Notes under the pieces: generated by a model
Seen by the model: the letters and a program-made list of their open reading frames with translations, nothing else
Told to the model about the DNA's origin: nothing
The model's database searches: none
Position numbers and translations under genes: made by a program
Assembly: GCA_022530585.1 (NCBI GenBank)
Contig: CP092821.1
Coordinates: forward strand, 326,222 to 390,221
Direction of reading: 5' to 3'
Length of the DNA stretch: 64,000 nucleotides
From: Candidatus Nealsonbacteria bacterium DGGOD1a
GTDB lineage: Bacteria; Patescibacteriota; Minisyncoccia; Minisyncoccales; UBA5738
Shown here: positions 17,424 through 28,072 of the stretch, piece by piece
Layout: every line of letters begins with the position of its first letter
Numbering within the stretch: position 1 is the first letter of the stretch

Positions 17424-18503
17424 ATGCCACGAACTTTGTGGATTTCGACATTGTTGTTATCGGCCGCCGCCGGGTCGGTTTTTTTGTGGTTGAATATCTT
17501 GCAAATCAGCCAAACGCCGCAAGATATTATTTTTGAGGGCGGCACCGTAAAAATAATTCAAGCGCCGGAGCCGGACAACGGCGCGGATACGGCCGATGTC
17601 GTTGATTCGAGCCTGATGTCACCGGAACAATCCGTGGATGTCGCCGGCCTGCCGGCCAAATTGTCTCCCGCGCCGAAAACGGTATCCGCGCCTTTGGTGG
17701 GCGAAATGCCGTTAACGCAAGACCGTATAACCGGCGATGGCGCGCTGACCCGGGCCGGCGTGATAAGTTTGACCAACAAGGAACGGCGGAATTATCTGGG
17801 CGCGGGTTTCGCGCTGGCCGAGAACGACCGGCTTAATCTTGCCGCGGCCGCCAAAGTCAAAGATATGTTTGACGGCCAATATTTTGAACATATGTCTCCC
17901 GCGGGCAATGGCGCGGATTATTTTATCGAATCCTCCGGTTATGAGTTCATATTGATCGGCGAAAATCTTGCCTTGGGAGATTATGCGAGCGACGCCGATT
18001 TGGTCAAGGCGTGGATGGACAGCCAAGGCCATCGCGAAAATATTTTGAAACCCGGTTTTAGGGAAATCGGCGTGGCGGTTGGTTTTGGCATCTACAAGGG
18101 ACGGCAAAGCTGGCTGGCGGTGCAGGAATTCGCCGTACCCAAATCCGCTTGTCCGCAGATAGATTCGGATCTGTCGGCCGGAATTGATGCCGACAAAAAA
18201 ACGCTTGACCAATTTTCAAGCCGGGAAAATTCTTTACTGGCGGAAATTAGCCGCCAAAAGGCGGTTGCGCGAACTTTGGAGAAAGAATTGAACGATTTGA
18301 TCGCGGTTAACGGTTCATACGCCGCGATCAAAGCAAAGCGCGCGGAATTAAACGCCGTCGTTGCCGCGGTAAACAAAGATATTGGCGAATACAACTCCGT
18401 GATCCGGGAAATGGAAAGCGTTTATAATGCCTACAAATCCCAAATCATCCGCTACAATCAACAAGTGAACGCTTACAATGCTTGCGCCGCCGCGCTGGAA
18501 TAA
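17424..18503 (+). CDS. CAP/SCP (PR-1-like) domain secreted protein with C-terminal coiled coil
   Basis: N-terminal TM. FEHMSP..NLALGDY..KAWMDSQGHRENIL..REIGVAV CAP motifs. Confidence 0.8.
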   Translation: MPRTLWISTLLLSAAAGSVFLWLNILQISQTPQDIIFEGGTVKIIQAPEPDNGADTADVVDSSLMSPEQSVDVAGLPAKLSPAPKTVSAPLVGEMPLTQDRITGDGALTRAGVISLTNKERRNYLGAGFALAENDRLNLAAAAKVKDMFDGQYFEHMSPAGNGADYFIESSGYEFILIGENLALGDYASDADLVKAWMDSQGHRENILKPGFREIGVAVGFGIYKGRQSWLAVQEFAVPKSACPQIDSDLSAGIDADKKTLDQFSSRENSLLAEISRQKAVARTLEKELNDLIAVNGSYAAIKAKRAELNAVVAAVNKDIGEYNSVIREMESVYNAYKSQIIRYNQQVNAYNACAAALE

Positions 18504-18594
18504 AAAAATACATTGATGCCGGGGTATTAACCCCGCCATCAACCAAAGGATGTTTTCTTCAAGATTATCGGAGCGCGATTTTTGCCGGCGTTTT

Positions 18595-21500
18595 TTAGTT
18601 TTCCGGCTTTACGAAATTGGCGAAGAGGGCCGGGATCATAAACAGAGTGAATAACGAGGAAACCGACAGGCCGCAGATGATCGCGGTTCCCAAGGCTTGC
18701 CAAGTGGCGGAAGACAAAGTGATCGGAACGATGCCGATGATGGTGCAAAACGAGGTGATGAAGATCGCTTCAAACCGGGATTTGCCCGCGTCGATGATGG
18801 CATCGCGGAATTCAATGCCGTTGTTTAAATTCAGATTGATTTTGTCGATCAGAATGATCGCGTTTTTTACCACGATTCCGAAGAGCGCCAGGATTCCGAT
18901 CAAGCCCGGAAAACTTAACGGAATTCCCAGTATCGCCAGACCGATAAACACGCCGATCAGCGCCAGCGGCACGGTCATCAGAACGATCGCGGCTTTGATG
19001 AACGAATTGAACTGGATCACCATGGTTACGATGATTAAAATGAATGCCAAGCTCATCGCCGCGACAATCGATTGCACCGATTCGGCGTTGGTTTCGTTGG
19101 CGCCGCCGTAAGTTATTTGGTAGCCTTCGGGCAACCCGTATGAAGCCGCTTTTTTCTCGAATTCGGCCAGAACCGCGTTGGAAGTGGTGTTGGCGGTGAT
19201 GTCGCTGGACAATGTCACGGTGCGTTTCTGGTCGATGCGGGTGATTTTCTCGACCGACGGATCAAGCGAGATCGAGGCGACATCTTTTAAGTAAACCGTT
19301 TGTTTGGCCGCGTTGATTATTTGCAAATTTTGCACCGCTTCCAGATCGGGGATTTGCGCGGAATCGAATCGGGCGACAACCGAAATGTCATCGCCGTCCC
19401 GCAGGATTGTGGTGATTTCCGTGCCGGAGATCGCGGTGCGCAACACCGAACCCACATAGGCCGCGGTCAGATTGTTTTGCGCCAATTTCACTTGGTCGAG
19501 CTTGAATGTGTATTGCGGGACCGATTCTTTGAGCGAAATGCCGCTGTTTACGGTTCCCGGCACCGAATCCAGAACCGGCTTTAGGTCATTGGCGATGCGT
19601 TGCAATTCGGAGATATCCTTGCCGCTGATTTGGGCTTCAAACGCCGATCCGCTGGGCGGGCCGCCGCGCAACGAAACTACGGTTACTTTGGCGTCCGGAA
19701 TATTCGCCAGATCATCGCGCAGGATTTCCTCCATTTGGTAGGATTTTAATTTGCGCTTGTTTTTTTCGACAAGGTTGATGGTGATCGACGCTTTGTTGGC
19801 GGATCCGCCCGAACCGTCCGATACCGAGGTTGACACGCTTGCGCCGATGGTGGTGGCAAAATTGTCGATCTCCCCGTAGTTTAAAAGTTTTTCTTCCACT
19901 TTTCGGGTAATTCCGTCGGTTTCGGAAAGCTTGTAACCGGTGGGCGTTTCGATATTGATATACATATAGCCCAAATCGTCGGCCGGGAAAAATTCCGATT
20001 TAACGATGCCGGTTATCGGCAGGGCCGCCGCGGCGACAAAAAGCAGGATAATCGCGGCAAAGAATCGTTGCCGGATTTTCTTGTCGTCGATGAGTTTGGC
20101 CAGATATTTTTCATAAAGCGGCAGGGCGGCATTCAAGTTTACTATGCCGTGCGCCAGCCGGGAAAGAAAACTTTTGCTTTCGGTCGGTTCGCCGCCGGCC
20201 ATTTTTTGTTTTATCAGATCATCGTTTTTCGCTTCCATACGCGCCAGCCGGCTGTTTTCTTCCAGGGCCGATTTCCCGCCTTTTTCATACCAATAAAGCA
20301 TCAATCCCAAACCGGCCAGAACGATTATGCCCGCGGCGATCGCGGACGGGTTGCTTTGGAAAAGCAGGATTGCCGCCAGCGACAATGTTCCCGCGCAATA
20401 AATATAAAAGAAATTTTTCGTGAAACGAACCCGTTCCAAGATCGCGGCCATCGGATGGTTTATCATCAGGGCGATCGCCAGCGACGCGGTGAGCGTGACC
20501 GAGATCGTGATTGGCACCGATTTCAGGAATTCACCCATTATGCCGCTGGAAAACAGCAGGGGCAGGAACGCCCAGACCGTGGTGAGCGTGGTGGTGGTTA
20601 AAACCACTTTAAAATCATTCAACACCAGCAAAACCGCTTCTTCCGGCGTGAATTTTCCCGTGCGCATATATTGCTTCGTGGCTGAAACCACCACGATTGC
20701 GTCGTCAACGATCAACCCCAGTGATAAAAGCAGGGAAAACATTGAAAGAAAATTTAATGTGATGCCGGTAAGATCCATTACTCCGAAAGTGATGAAGAAC
20801 ACCAGCGGTATCGCCAGACCCGCGACGAAGGCTTCTTTCAACCCGATAAGCAAAAACAGCACGCCCATCACCAAACAAAGGGTGATGATGAAATCGTGAG
20901 TGAGCTGGTCAAAATCATCCCGGATGTATTTAGCTTCGTCGAAAGTAATTCCGTAACTTAATCCGGGAATGGTTTTAACGAAACCGGCCACCGTTTCTTT
21001 GGCTTGATCGACGGTTTCAATGATATTGCCGCCGGTGCGCTTGACGATGCTGATCGTGACCGCGTCGGTCGGCGTTTTTCCTTCCGACGAGATGCGGGAG
21101 ATTTTGGTTTTTTCGATCGCGGTTTCGCGGACATTCGCGATATCTTTGAGCAATATCTGATTTCCCGAAGCCGCGCCCACGGGCAGGTTTTGCAATTGCG
21201 CGGCATCATAAATCCGGCCGTCGGCGCGTACCGGATAAACATAGGTCGACCCGTCGAAATTTCCGGATGGCACATTGATATTGGCCGCCTGCACGGCGCC
21301 GTTCGCCTGGGCGATCGTGATTCCGTAATAATTTAATTTTTCCGGCGAATAATCGATTTCAATTTCGCGCTGGTCGCCGCCGGTAATGCCGATTTCCCGG
21401 ATGCCGGGAATTTTTTCCAATTCGTCTTTTATATCCTTGGCGTAATCGTAAAGAGTCGATCCGTCGTAAGGGCCGCTTAGCGCGAGCGTCAGTACCGGGC

Positions 21501-21972
21501 TGTCGTCCATCGACACTTCGTATACCATCGGGTCGTTGGCGTCGCCGGGGAGATCGCCTTGGATATTGGCCACCGCATCGCGCACTTTGCGGATTGAGCC
21601 GTCCAGATCCTGATCGGCGTCAAACTGGACGACCACGCTGGAAACCGAATTCGCCGATGACGATGTTATCGTATCGATGCCGGTGATGCCTGAAATTTTG
21701 CTTTCGATTTTTTTCGTAACCAGTTCTTCGATGTCGGCCGGCGCGGCGCCGGGGAAGGTTGTGGTTACCACCGCGATCGGGATTTTCACTTCCGGGTTTG
21801 ATTCGCGCGGCAGTTGGAAAAACGAATATAATCCCCAGGCCGTGATAAGCATTACCAGCAGGGCGATTATTCGGAACCGGTAAACAAAAAAGCTAAGCCA
21901 CATTTTCTTTAGCTTTTGATCAAAGGCGAGGCGATCCAAGTAGAGCTGATCGAATGTTGGTTTTGATCCCAT
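18595..21972 (-). CDS. RND superfamily efflux permease (AcrB-like)
   Basis: 1125 aa, 12-TM two-fold repeat architecture, typical AcrB N-terminus and large periplasmic loops. Confidence 0.9.
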   Translation of the reverse strand: MGSKPTFDQLYLDRLAFDQKLKKMWLSFFVYRFRIIALLVMLITAWGLYSFFQLPRESNPEVKIPIAVVTTTFPGAAPADIEELVTKKIESKISGITGIDTITSSSANSVSSVVVQFDADQDLDGSIRKVRDAVANIQGDLPGDANDPMVYEVSMDDSPVLTLALSGPYDGSTLYDYAKDIKDELEKIPGIREIGITGGDQREIEIDYSPEKLNYYGITIAQANGAVQAANINVPSGNFDGSTYVYPVRADGRIYDAAQLQNLPVGAASGNQILLKDIANVRETAIEKTKISRISSEGKTPTDAVTISIVKRTGGNIIETVDQAKETVAGFVKTIPGLSYGITFDEAKYIRDDFDQLTHDFIITLCLVMGVLFLLIGLKEAFVAGLAIPLVFFITFGVMDLTGITLNFLSMFSLLLSLGLIVDDAIVVVSATKQYMRTGKFTPEEAVLLVLNDFKVVLTTTTLTTVWAFLPLLFSSGIMGEFLKSVPITISVTLTASLAIALMINHPMAAILERVRFTKNFFYIYCAGTLSLAAILLFQSNPSAIAAGIIVLAGLGLMLYWYEKGGKSALEENSRLARMEAKNDDLIKQKMAGGEPTESKSFLSRLAHGIVNLNAALPLYEKYLAKLIDDKKIRQRFFAAIILLFVAAAALPITGIVKSEFFPADDLGYMYINIETPTGYKLSETDGITRKVEEKLLNYGEIDNFATTIGASVSTSVSDGSGGSANKASITINLVEKNKRKLKSYQMEEILRDDLANIPDAKVTVVSLRGGPPSGSAFEAQISGKDISELQRIANDLKPVLDSVPGTVNSGISLKESVPQYTFKLDQVKLAQNNLTAAYVGSVLRTAISGTEITTILRDGDDISVVARFDSAQIPDLEAVQNLQIINAAKQTVYLKDVASISLDPSVEKITRIDQKRTVTLSSDITANTTSNAVLAEFEKKAASYGLPEGYQITYGGANETNAESVQSIVAAMSLAFILIIVTMVIQFNSFIKAAIVLMTVPLALIGVFIGLAILGIPLSFPGLIGILALFGIVVKNAIILIDKINLNLNNGIEFRDAIIDAGKSRFEAIFITSFCTIIGIVPITLSSATWQALGTAIICGLSVSSLFTLFMIPALFANFVKPEN

Positions 21973-22073
21973 ATTTTAATGCAAAGTTTAAAAATCAAAA
22001 TGAAAAATGACAATGTTAAAATTGCAAAATGTTTTAATTGTCATTTTAATTTTTGATTTTAACATTTTTAATT

Positions 22074-23675
22074 TTATTGAATATTGACTTTGTCTCCCGC
22101 CTTAAGTCCGCGCGCCGAGGAAACGATTTTCATATCGGGCGTTATGCCTTCTATCACATAGACATTCTCGCCCACGATTTCGCCGGTTGTCACCGGGACT
22201 TGTTCTATCAGGCCGTTGCCAACGATAAACACATAGTTCCCGTTTCCGGAAAACCGAACCATTTCTATCGGCAGCAAATAGGCGTTGCCGGTTTGTTTAA
22301 GTTTTGCGCTGGCGATCTTCAAGCTTACGCTCTGGCCGACAACGATTTGATTTCGCGCGTTTTTAGTCACAAGAACATTGATTTCGGCTTTTTTGGTTTG
22401 AGAATCGACCGCGGGGGAGATTGTTTGCACGATGCCTGTCGCGTTATCTCCGATTGTCGCCGCGTCGTTTTCGGAAACAAACGGCAAATCATTCTCGGAA
22501 ACATAGGCTTTGACTTGCAGCGCGTCGGGATTGATCACGCTGGCGACCAGCGCCCCGGCCGAAACGAATTCTCCAATGTGTCCGTTGATGTATGAAATTT
22601 CGCCGGCGATAGGTGAAACGATCGCGGTTTTCGCCAAAGTCGCCCGTAAGGCGTTGACCGAAGCCTGCGCCTGGTCAACCGCGGCCTGGCCTTGGCTTAT
22701 TTGTTCTTCCGATGATCCGGCGAGTTTTAAATCCAATGATTTGTTCGCGGTTCTCCACGAAGTTTCCGCCCCCTGCAAAGACGCGAGCGCGCCGCTCACG
22801 GTACTGCGGCTGGCGGAAAATTCGGTTTTGTATCCGTCGAGAACTTGTTTGTATGTCGTGTTGTCGATCGTCAGATCGTTTACTATCGGCGCCATCAGAT
22901 TCATAAAATCAATTTCCGATTGCAAATTGCTTTTGGCCGCCGCGAGAGCGATTTCGATCTCGTTTTTATCCGCGGATGCATGCAATTTTGAAGTGGCGTC
23001 TTGCCATATTTTGAAAGTTGACTCAAGAGCATATTTTTCGTTCGATACATCTCTGGCCAGATCGGAGTTCGACGGTTGCACGGTTGCCTGGTTGCCGCCG
23101 ATGTTGAGAATTATCAGGAAATCGGCGTTTATTCCCCGCGGATTCTGGAAAAATTTATCAATATGATTATGAATCGCGTCGTCGGATTTGGCATAGGCGT
23201 CTTTTATCGAATTGATCAGCGCGGTTTGGGTTTCGCCGGCCGATGTTTGCGAAATGGCGATGTCTTCGGCGCGATTGCCGCGTTTCAGTTCGTCCAAGCG
23301 CGATTGTGCGGATGCCAGCGCGGCTTGAGCCTGATCCATTTGGGCGATTATGTCGTCGTTTTTCAATTGTATCAGAACTTGCCCGGCGCCAACTTTATCG
23401 CCGAGTTTTGCGTTTATCCGGGTGATCGGCGCTGAAAATTGCGACCGCAGGTCGGCCTGGCCCAGCGATTGCACGGTTCCGTTGCCGATATCCACGGTTT
23501 TTTGTTTTTGGTAATCGCTTGCCGATACCAGCGAAACCATCGGCGCGCTTTCCGCGGTTTGGCCCGAGGTTTGCGTTTTAAGCGCGTTTATGGTCGCCAG
23601 AGAGGCCGCGGCGACCGCGAGAATTGAAAAGATTACGGTTATTTTGTGTTTGGCTAAAATTGTGAAAATGTTCAT
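22074..23675 (-). CDS. Efflux periplasmic adaptor (HlyD/MFP family)
   Basis: 533 aa. TM anchor, lipoyl-like hairpin (GDKVGAGQVLIQL), long coiled coil, beta-barrel C-terminus. Adjacent to the RND pump. Confidence 0.85.
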   Translation of the reverse strand: MNIFTILAKHKITVIFSILAVAAASLATINALKTQTSGQTAESAPMVSLVSASDYQKQKTVDIGNGTVQSLGQADLRSQFSAPITRINAKLGDKVGAGQVLIQLKNDDIIAQMDQAQAALASAQSRLDELKRGNRAEDIAISQTSAGETQTALINSIKDAYAKSDDAIHNHIDKFFQNPRGINADFLIILNIGGNQATVQPSNSDLARDVSNEKYALESTFKIWQDATSKLHASADKNEIEIALAAAKSNLQSEIDFMNLMAPIVNDLTIDNTTYKQVLDGYKTEFSASRSTVSGALASLQGAETSWRTANKSLDLKLAGSSEEQISQGQAAVDQAQASVNALRATLAKTAIVSPIAGEISYINGHIGEFVSAGALVASVINPDALQVKAYVSENDLPFVSENDAATIGDNATGIVQTISPAVDSQTKKAEINVLVTKNARNQIVVGQSVSLKIASAKLKQTGNAYLLPIEMVRFSGNGNYVFIVGNGLIEQVPVTTGEIVGENVYVIEGITPDMKIVSSARGLKAGDKVNIQ

Positions 23676-23684
23676 ATTGAATGT

Positions 23685-24230
23685 TTATTGTTTGATAAAA
23701 AGCGATGCCAGATACTCGCTGTAAGCTTTTTGCGGCGCGATTTTTATGCCGTGCTTGCTTTGCAACACATAGGCGTGCACCGAATTCACCAGAACTTCGG
23801 CGGCCAGATCATGATGCTTCACGCCGTAGCAGGCCAGCACTTTGCCCAGATTTTTTTTCATTTCGGCGAGCATCGGCAATATCTTTGTAAAAACGATCGG
23901 ATGCAATCCGGCGACTTTCATATCCACGGGCCGGATGACGATGCCGTTTTTCAGGCAAATGGCGATTGTGCGGTTAATCATTTGTGCCAAACAGCGCGAG
24001 TCGGGCTTGCAAACTTTCAATTCCGCGCCCAGCGAAAATTTGATTTCCGCGATCACTTCCTCGATAATGGCCGCGAATATTTCCTCTTTCCCTTTGAAAA
24101 AATAATAAAGCGACGCTTTGGTGATGCCGACATCCCGGGCGATATCGTCCATCGAGGTGGGCGAGTATCCCTTTAAAGCGAACAACTTCTTGGCCGCCGA
24201 AATTATCTCGTTTTTGCGTTCATTTTCCAT
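23685..24230 (-). CDS. TetR family transcriptional regulator
   Basis: N-terminal HTH: KGYSPTSMDDIARDVGITKASLYYFFKGKEEIF. First gene of the efflux operon. Confidence 0.9.
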   Translation of the reverse strand: MENERKNEIISAAKKLFALKGYSPTSMDDIARDVGITKASLYYFFKGKEEIFAAIIEEVIAEIKFSLGAELKVCKPDSRCLAQMINRTIAICLKNGIVIRPVDMKVAGLHPIVFTKILPMLAEMKKNLGKVLACYGVKHHDLAAEVLVNSVHAYVLQSKHGIKIAPQKAYSEYLASLFIKQ

Positions 24231-24284
24231 ATGAATTTTAATTTAATTCTTTTGAATTTAATGTTGCGTGATTCAAGATAATTA

Positions 24285-24300
24285 CCTACCATTCGGTAGG
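24285..24300. promoter_or_regulatory. Candidate TetR operator palindrome
   Basis: CCTACC-ATTC-GGTAGG, 55-70 nt upstream of the tetR start codon. Confidence 0.3.
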
Positions 24301-24346
24301 CAACAGTATCTATATATGATTTTTCCAAAAAATTGTCAATTTCGGG

Positions 24347-24372
24347 CCGATTGTTGTTTCCGATTGTTGTTT
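24347..24372. repeat. Exact tandem duplication CCGATTGTTGTTT x2
   Basis: 13-mer repeated head-to-tail in the tetR/rluA divergent intergenic region. Confidence 0.8.
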
Positions 24373-24452
24373 CTTTCGTTAAAAGATATAAAATGAGAGC
24401 GTGGAAAAATAGTTTTTCCACACTTTGAAAATAAGCTTAAAAAACGCGGGCT

Positions 24453-25151
24453 ATGGAAATACTGTACGAAGATAATCATATTATCGCGGTCAATAAGCGG
24501 GTTTCGGATATTGTCCAAGGGGACAAAACCGGAGATATCACTTTGGGCGATAAAGTTAAGGCTTATATCAAAGAAAAATATAATAAGCCGGGCGCGGTTT
24601 TTTTGGGCGTGGCGCATCGGATCGACCGGCCGGTGAGCGGAGTGGTGCTGTTCGCCCGCACCGGCAAAGCTTTGTCGCGATTGAATGAAATGATCAAGGA
24701 AAGGCAGATTCGCAAAACTTACTGGGCGATCGTGAAAAACCGGCCGGCCGCGGATTCGGGAACGCTGGAACATTATTTAGTGCGCGATACGGCGCGGAAT
24801 AAATCGCGGGCGTATGATCGGGAAGTTTTGAACTCGCAAAAGGCGGTTCTTTTCTATAAGATAGCGGCGGAAAGCGATGGTTATCGCTGTTTGGAAATTG
24901 ATTTGCAAACCGGCCGGCACCATCAGATACGCGCCCAGCTGGCCAAGATCGGTTGTCCGATAAGAGGCGATGTGAAATACGGATATGGAGGCGCCAACAT
25001 CGACGGCGGCATCAATCTTCACGCCCGCGGCATAGAGTTCGTCCATCCGGTCGCCAAAACCCGAGTCGCCATTATCGCCCCGCCGCCCAAAGACCGGTTA
25101 TGGGACGATTTTGTTTTGAAATTGGAAGCGCGGCCGCGGCCGCTTACTTAA
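24453..25151 (+). CDS. RluA-family pseudouridine synthase
   Basis: HRIDRPVSGVVLFARTGKA catalytic Asp motif; RHHQIRAQL. Confidence 0.85.
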   Translation: MEILYEDNHIIAVNKRVSDIVQGDKTGDITLGDKVKAYIKEKYNKPGAVFLGVAHRIDRPVSGVVLFARTGKALSRLNEMIKERQIRKTYWAIVKNRPAADSGTLEHYLVRDTARNKSRAYDREVLNSQKAVLFYKIAAESDGYRCLEIDLQTGRHHQIRAQLAKIGCPIRGDVKYGYGGANIDGGINLHARGIEFVHPVAKTRVAIIAPPPKDRLWDDFVLKLEARPRPLT

Positions 25152-25193
25152 TCGGTTTATTTTTGTTAAAATAAACGCGGAGCGGATTGGAAT

Positions 25194-25694
25194 ATGAAAA
25201 AAATTATTTTGATATTTTTTTTAGCCGGCGCGACCGCCGTTACGGCCGCGATTTTTTGGCACACAAGAGCCATCGCGCCGGTTGACGAAATTAAAATCCG
25301 GAATATCGAACTTTATTATTACGCGCCCGAAATCGACAAGGATTCCGCGGGCAATGTAATGTGTTCGCGCCGGGGATTGGTTTCGGTATCGCGCCAGATT
25401 CCGGTTACAAACACGCCGGTTTGGGACGCGATAAATTTATTGATCAAGGGGCAGTTGACCGAAAACGAAAAGAAAACCGGTTTGGCGACCGAATTTCCTT
25501 TGCCCGGATTGGCGCTTAAAGGGGCGAATCTTGAGGATGGAATTTTAACTTTGGAATTCGATGATCCGCAAAATAAAACCGGCGGCGGTTCCTGCCGTGC
25601 CGCGACGCTGTGGTTTCAGATCGAGGCCACGGCAAAACAATTCGCCGGAATCGGCGAAGCGAGATTCATTCCCGAAACCTTATTTCAACCTTAA
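25194..25694 (+). CDS. GerMN-domain secreted protein
   Basis: Signal/TM helix, then LYYY..VSVSRQIP..VWDAINLLIKGQLTENEKKTGLATEFP..GILTLEFD, which follows the GerMN pattern. Confidence 0.5.
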   Translation: MKKIILIFFLAGATAVTAAIFWHTRAIAPVDEIKIRNIELYYYAPEIDKDSAGNVMCSRRGLVSVSRQIPVTNTPVWDAINLLIKGQLTENEKKTGLATEFPLPGLALKGANLEDGILTLEFDDPQNKTGGGSCRAATLWFQIEATAKQFAGIGEARFIPETLFQP

Positions 25695-25708
25695 TACCGC
25701 GAAGAAAA

Positions 25709-28072
25709 ATGAATTCCAATGAAAATCAAAAGCGGGCCGGCGGCTTTTTTCTGACCTGCCGGATAATCGCCAAGAATCTTAGGCCGGTAGTTATCGGCAA
25801 CGCGGTGACTTTGGTGAACGCGATTTTTCTTGTTGCTTCGGGGTTGCTTCTGGTCTTCAAGGAAGCGCGGGAAGGTTTGTTTCTGGGCAGCGTTTTGGTT
25901 TTGAATGTGGTTATCGGCATCGTGCAGGATTTGCGCGCCAAGGTGGCGCTGGAAAAATTGCAGATATTGGCCGCGCCGCGGATTATCCGCGCGGAACCCA
26001 ATGGCGAGAAGCGGCGGATAACATTGGAACAGATCAAAAAAGACGATATTTTGCAAATCGATATCGGCGACCATGTGCCGGCCGACGGGTTGATTGTGGA
26101 GAGCGGCGGTATTGAGGCCAACGAAGCGTTGATAACCGGCGAATCGAATTATATCAAGAAAAAAACGGGGGATCAGATTTTGGCGGGAAGCATTGTTATG
26201 TCGGGTTTCGGATCTATGCGGGTTGAGGCTTTGCCGCAAGACAGTTATCTGATGCGGATGACCGAAAAGATAAAAAAATACAAACCCGATCCCAGCCCGA
26301 TCCAGAAAAATTTAAACGCGTTCATCAAATACATGTCGTATTTGCTGTTGTTCGTTATCGCTTATGTGGTGGCGCACGGCATTCAGACTAACGACGCGGT
26401 TGTTTCGATGGTGCGCGACATCGGCGCGCTGACCGGCACTTTGGTGCCGCAGGGCTTGGTTCTTTCGATCACGGTTTTTTTCACTTACGGAGCCATCAGG
26501 ATGCTGAAAGACGATGTGCTGATGCAGGAGATCAACGCCACGGAAAAGCTGGGCCGGATAAGAAATCTATGCATTGATAAAACCGGCACGCTTACCGAGC
26601 GCAAGCCGGTATTGGAAGAAGTGGTGGTTTACAACGGTTGCGATTCGGTTGCGATCGGGCAGATGCTGGCCGGTTATATTTTTGCCAACCGCGACACTTC
26701 CGAGATGGCCACGGCACTGCGCGTCCGCGCGGCAATTTCTTTTTCCGGCGCGGTCGAGGCTTCGCTGCCTTTTTCTTCGGAAAGGAAATACGGTATCGCT
26801 TGGCTGCGTTTCGGGGGCGCGCCGGTTGCCGTGGTACTGGGCGCGCCGGATATTTTAATGAGACACTTTTCTTCCGGGGACGGGAACGATATTTTGAAAG
26901 AGCATGTCGAAACCTACGCCGCCGCGGCCAAACGGTTGATTCTTTTGGCCACGACCGCCGGTTTGCCCGCCGGTTCGCTTTTGGACGGAAACAGCTTGCG
27001 GCCGGAGGCGCTGTTTGTTTTGCGCGATCCGCTGCGGCCCGGAACGGAAAAGATCATCGATTTTTTCCAAAAGCGGGATGTGCGGATTCGGGTGATTTCG
27101 GGGGACGGGCCGCGCACGGTGCAGGCGGTGGCGTTGCAGGCGGGAATGAAATACGCCGATATGGTGGCCACCGGACCGGAGATGGAATCGTGGGATGATA
27201 TCGAATACGAAGAAAGGGTGCCGGCGTTCCATTTATTCGCGCGCGTCAAGCCCGCGCAAAAAGAAAAAATAATCAAATTGTTGAAAAAGTCGGGTTACAC
27301 CGCGATGGTGGGCGACGGCGCCAATGACGCGCTGGCGATAAAAAAGGCCGATCTGGGCGTGGCCATGTTCGATGGCGCGGAAGCGACCCGCCAGATCGCT
27401 CAAGTGGTATTGATGAACAACAGTTTTTCCGCGCTGCCCAAAGGCGTGGCTTTGGCCGAGGCGGTGATTTTGAACATCGAGTTGGTCGCCAGCGTTTTTT
27501 TGAACAAAGTGGTGATCGGGCTGGTTTTGTTTTTGGCTTTGGCGATAATGGGGTACACTTATCCGCTTTCGCCCAGCAATATGACGGTGATAAATTATTT
27601 CACGATTTGGCTGCCGATGTTTTATTGGACATTTTTTCCGATTCCGAGCGAAGGATTCAATCCCAAATCGCGATTTATGGGAAAAATCCTGTTGTTTTCC
27701 GTTGTTAACGGGATTATTATGGCGCTCGCGGCCACATCGGTTTTTGTTTTGGAGCCGGTTGGCGCCCGGTATGCTTACTCCAATTTTCCGGTGATGATTT
27801 CGCTGATCGCGCTGGGATATTGGTATTTTATTTTGGCGCCGCTAAATTACGGTTTCGTCCCCGGAAAGATTCGGCGGCGCGCGCTGGGAATCGTGGCGGC
27901 GGTTTCCGCCATTTTGATCGCGGCCGCGGTTTATTGGCCTCCGCTGTCCGCGATTTTCGGATTGCAAAAACTTGAATTGATGTCGCTGGTTTTCACTTTT
28001 GGAATTATTTTGATATTCGGCTATTTGCAATACGCGATCGCGAAACGCTGGTTTTACCGCAAGCCGGTTTGA
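25709..28072 (+). CDS. P-type cation-transporting ATPase
   Basis: TGES (ITGESNY), CIDKTGTLT phosphorylation site, GDGANDALAIKKADLGVAM. Start set at ATG 25709 to avoid overlap with the upstream gene. Confidence 0.9.
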   Translation: MNSNENQKRAGGFFLTCRIIAKNLRPVVIGNAVTLVNAIFLVASGLLLVFKEAREGLFLGSVLVLNVVIGIVQDLRAKVALEKLQILAAPRIIRAEPNGEKRRITLEQIKKDDILQIDIGDHVPADGLIVESGGIEANEALITGESNYIKKKTGDQILAGSIVMSGFGSMRVEALPQDSYLMRMTEKIKKYKPDPSPIQKNLNAFIKYMSYLLLFVIAYVVAHGIQTNDAVVSMVRDIGALTGTLVPQGLVLSITVFFTYGAIRMLKDDVLMQEINATEKLGRIRNLCIDKTGTLTERKPVLEEVVVYNGCDSVAIGQMLAGYIFANRDTSEMATALRVRAAISFSGAVEASLPFSSERKYGIAWLRFGGAPVAVVLGAPDILMRHFSSGDGNDILKEHVETYAAAAKRLILLATTAGLPAGSLLDGNSLRPEALFVLRDPLRPGTEKIIDFFQKRDVRIRVISGDGPRTVQAVALQAGMKYADMVATGPEMESWDDIEYEERVPAFHLFARVKPAQKEKIIKLLKKSGYTAMVGDGANDALAIKKADLGVAMFDGAEATRQIAQVVLMNNSFSALPKGVALAEAVILNIELVASVFLNKVVIGLVLFLALAIMGYTYPLSPSNMTVINYFTIWLPMFYWTFFPIPSEGFNPKSRFMGKILLFSVVNGIIMALAATSVFVLEPVGARYAYSNFPVMISLIALGYWYFILAPLNYGFVPGKIRRRALGIVAAVSAILIAAAVYWPPLSAIFGLQKLELMSLVFTFGIILIFGYLQYAIAKRWFYRKPV

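Noticed and set aside
25610-25708. P-type ATPase start at 25610, overlapping the GerMN-like gene by 85 nt
   Set aside because: The first 33 codons are Arg-rich read-through of the upstream gene's 3' end. ATG 25709 follows the upstream stop and precedes the first TM region.
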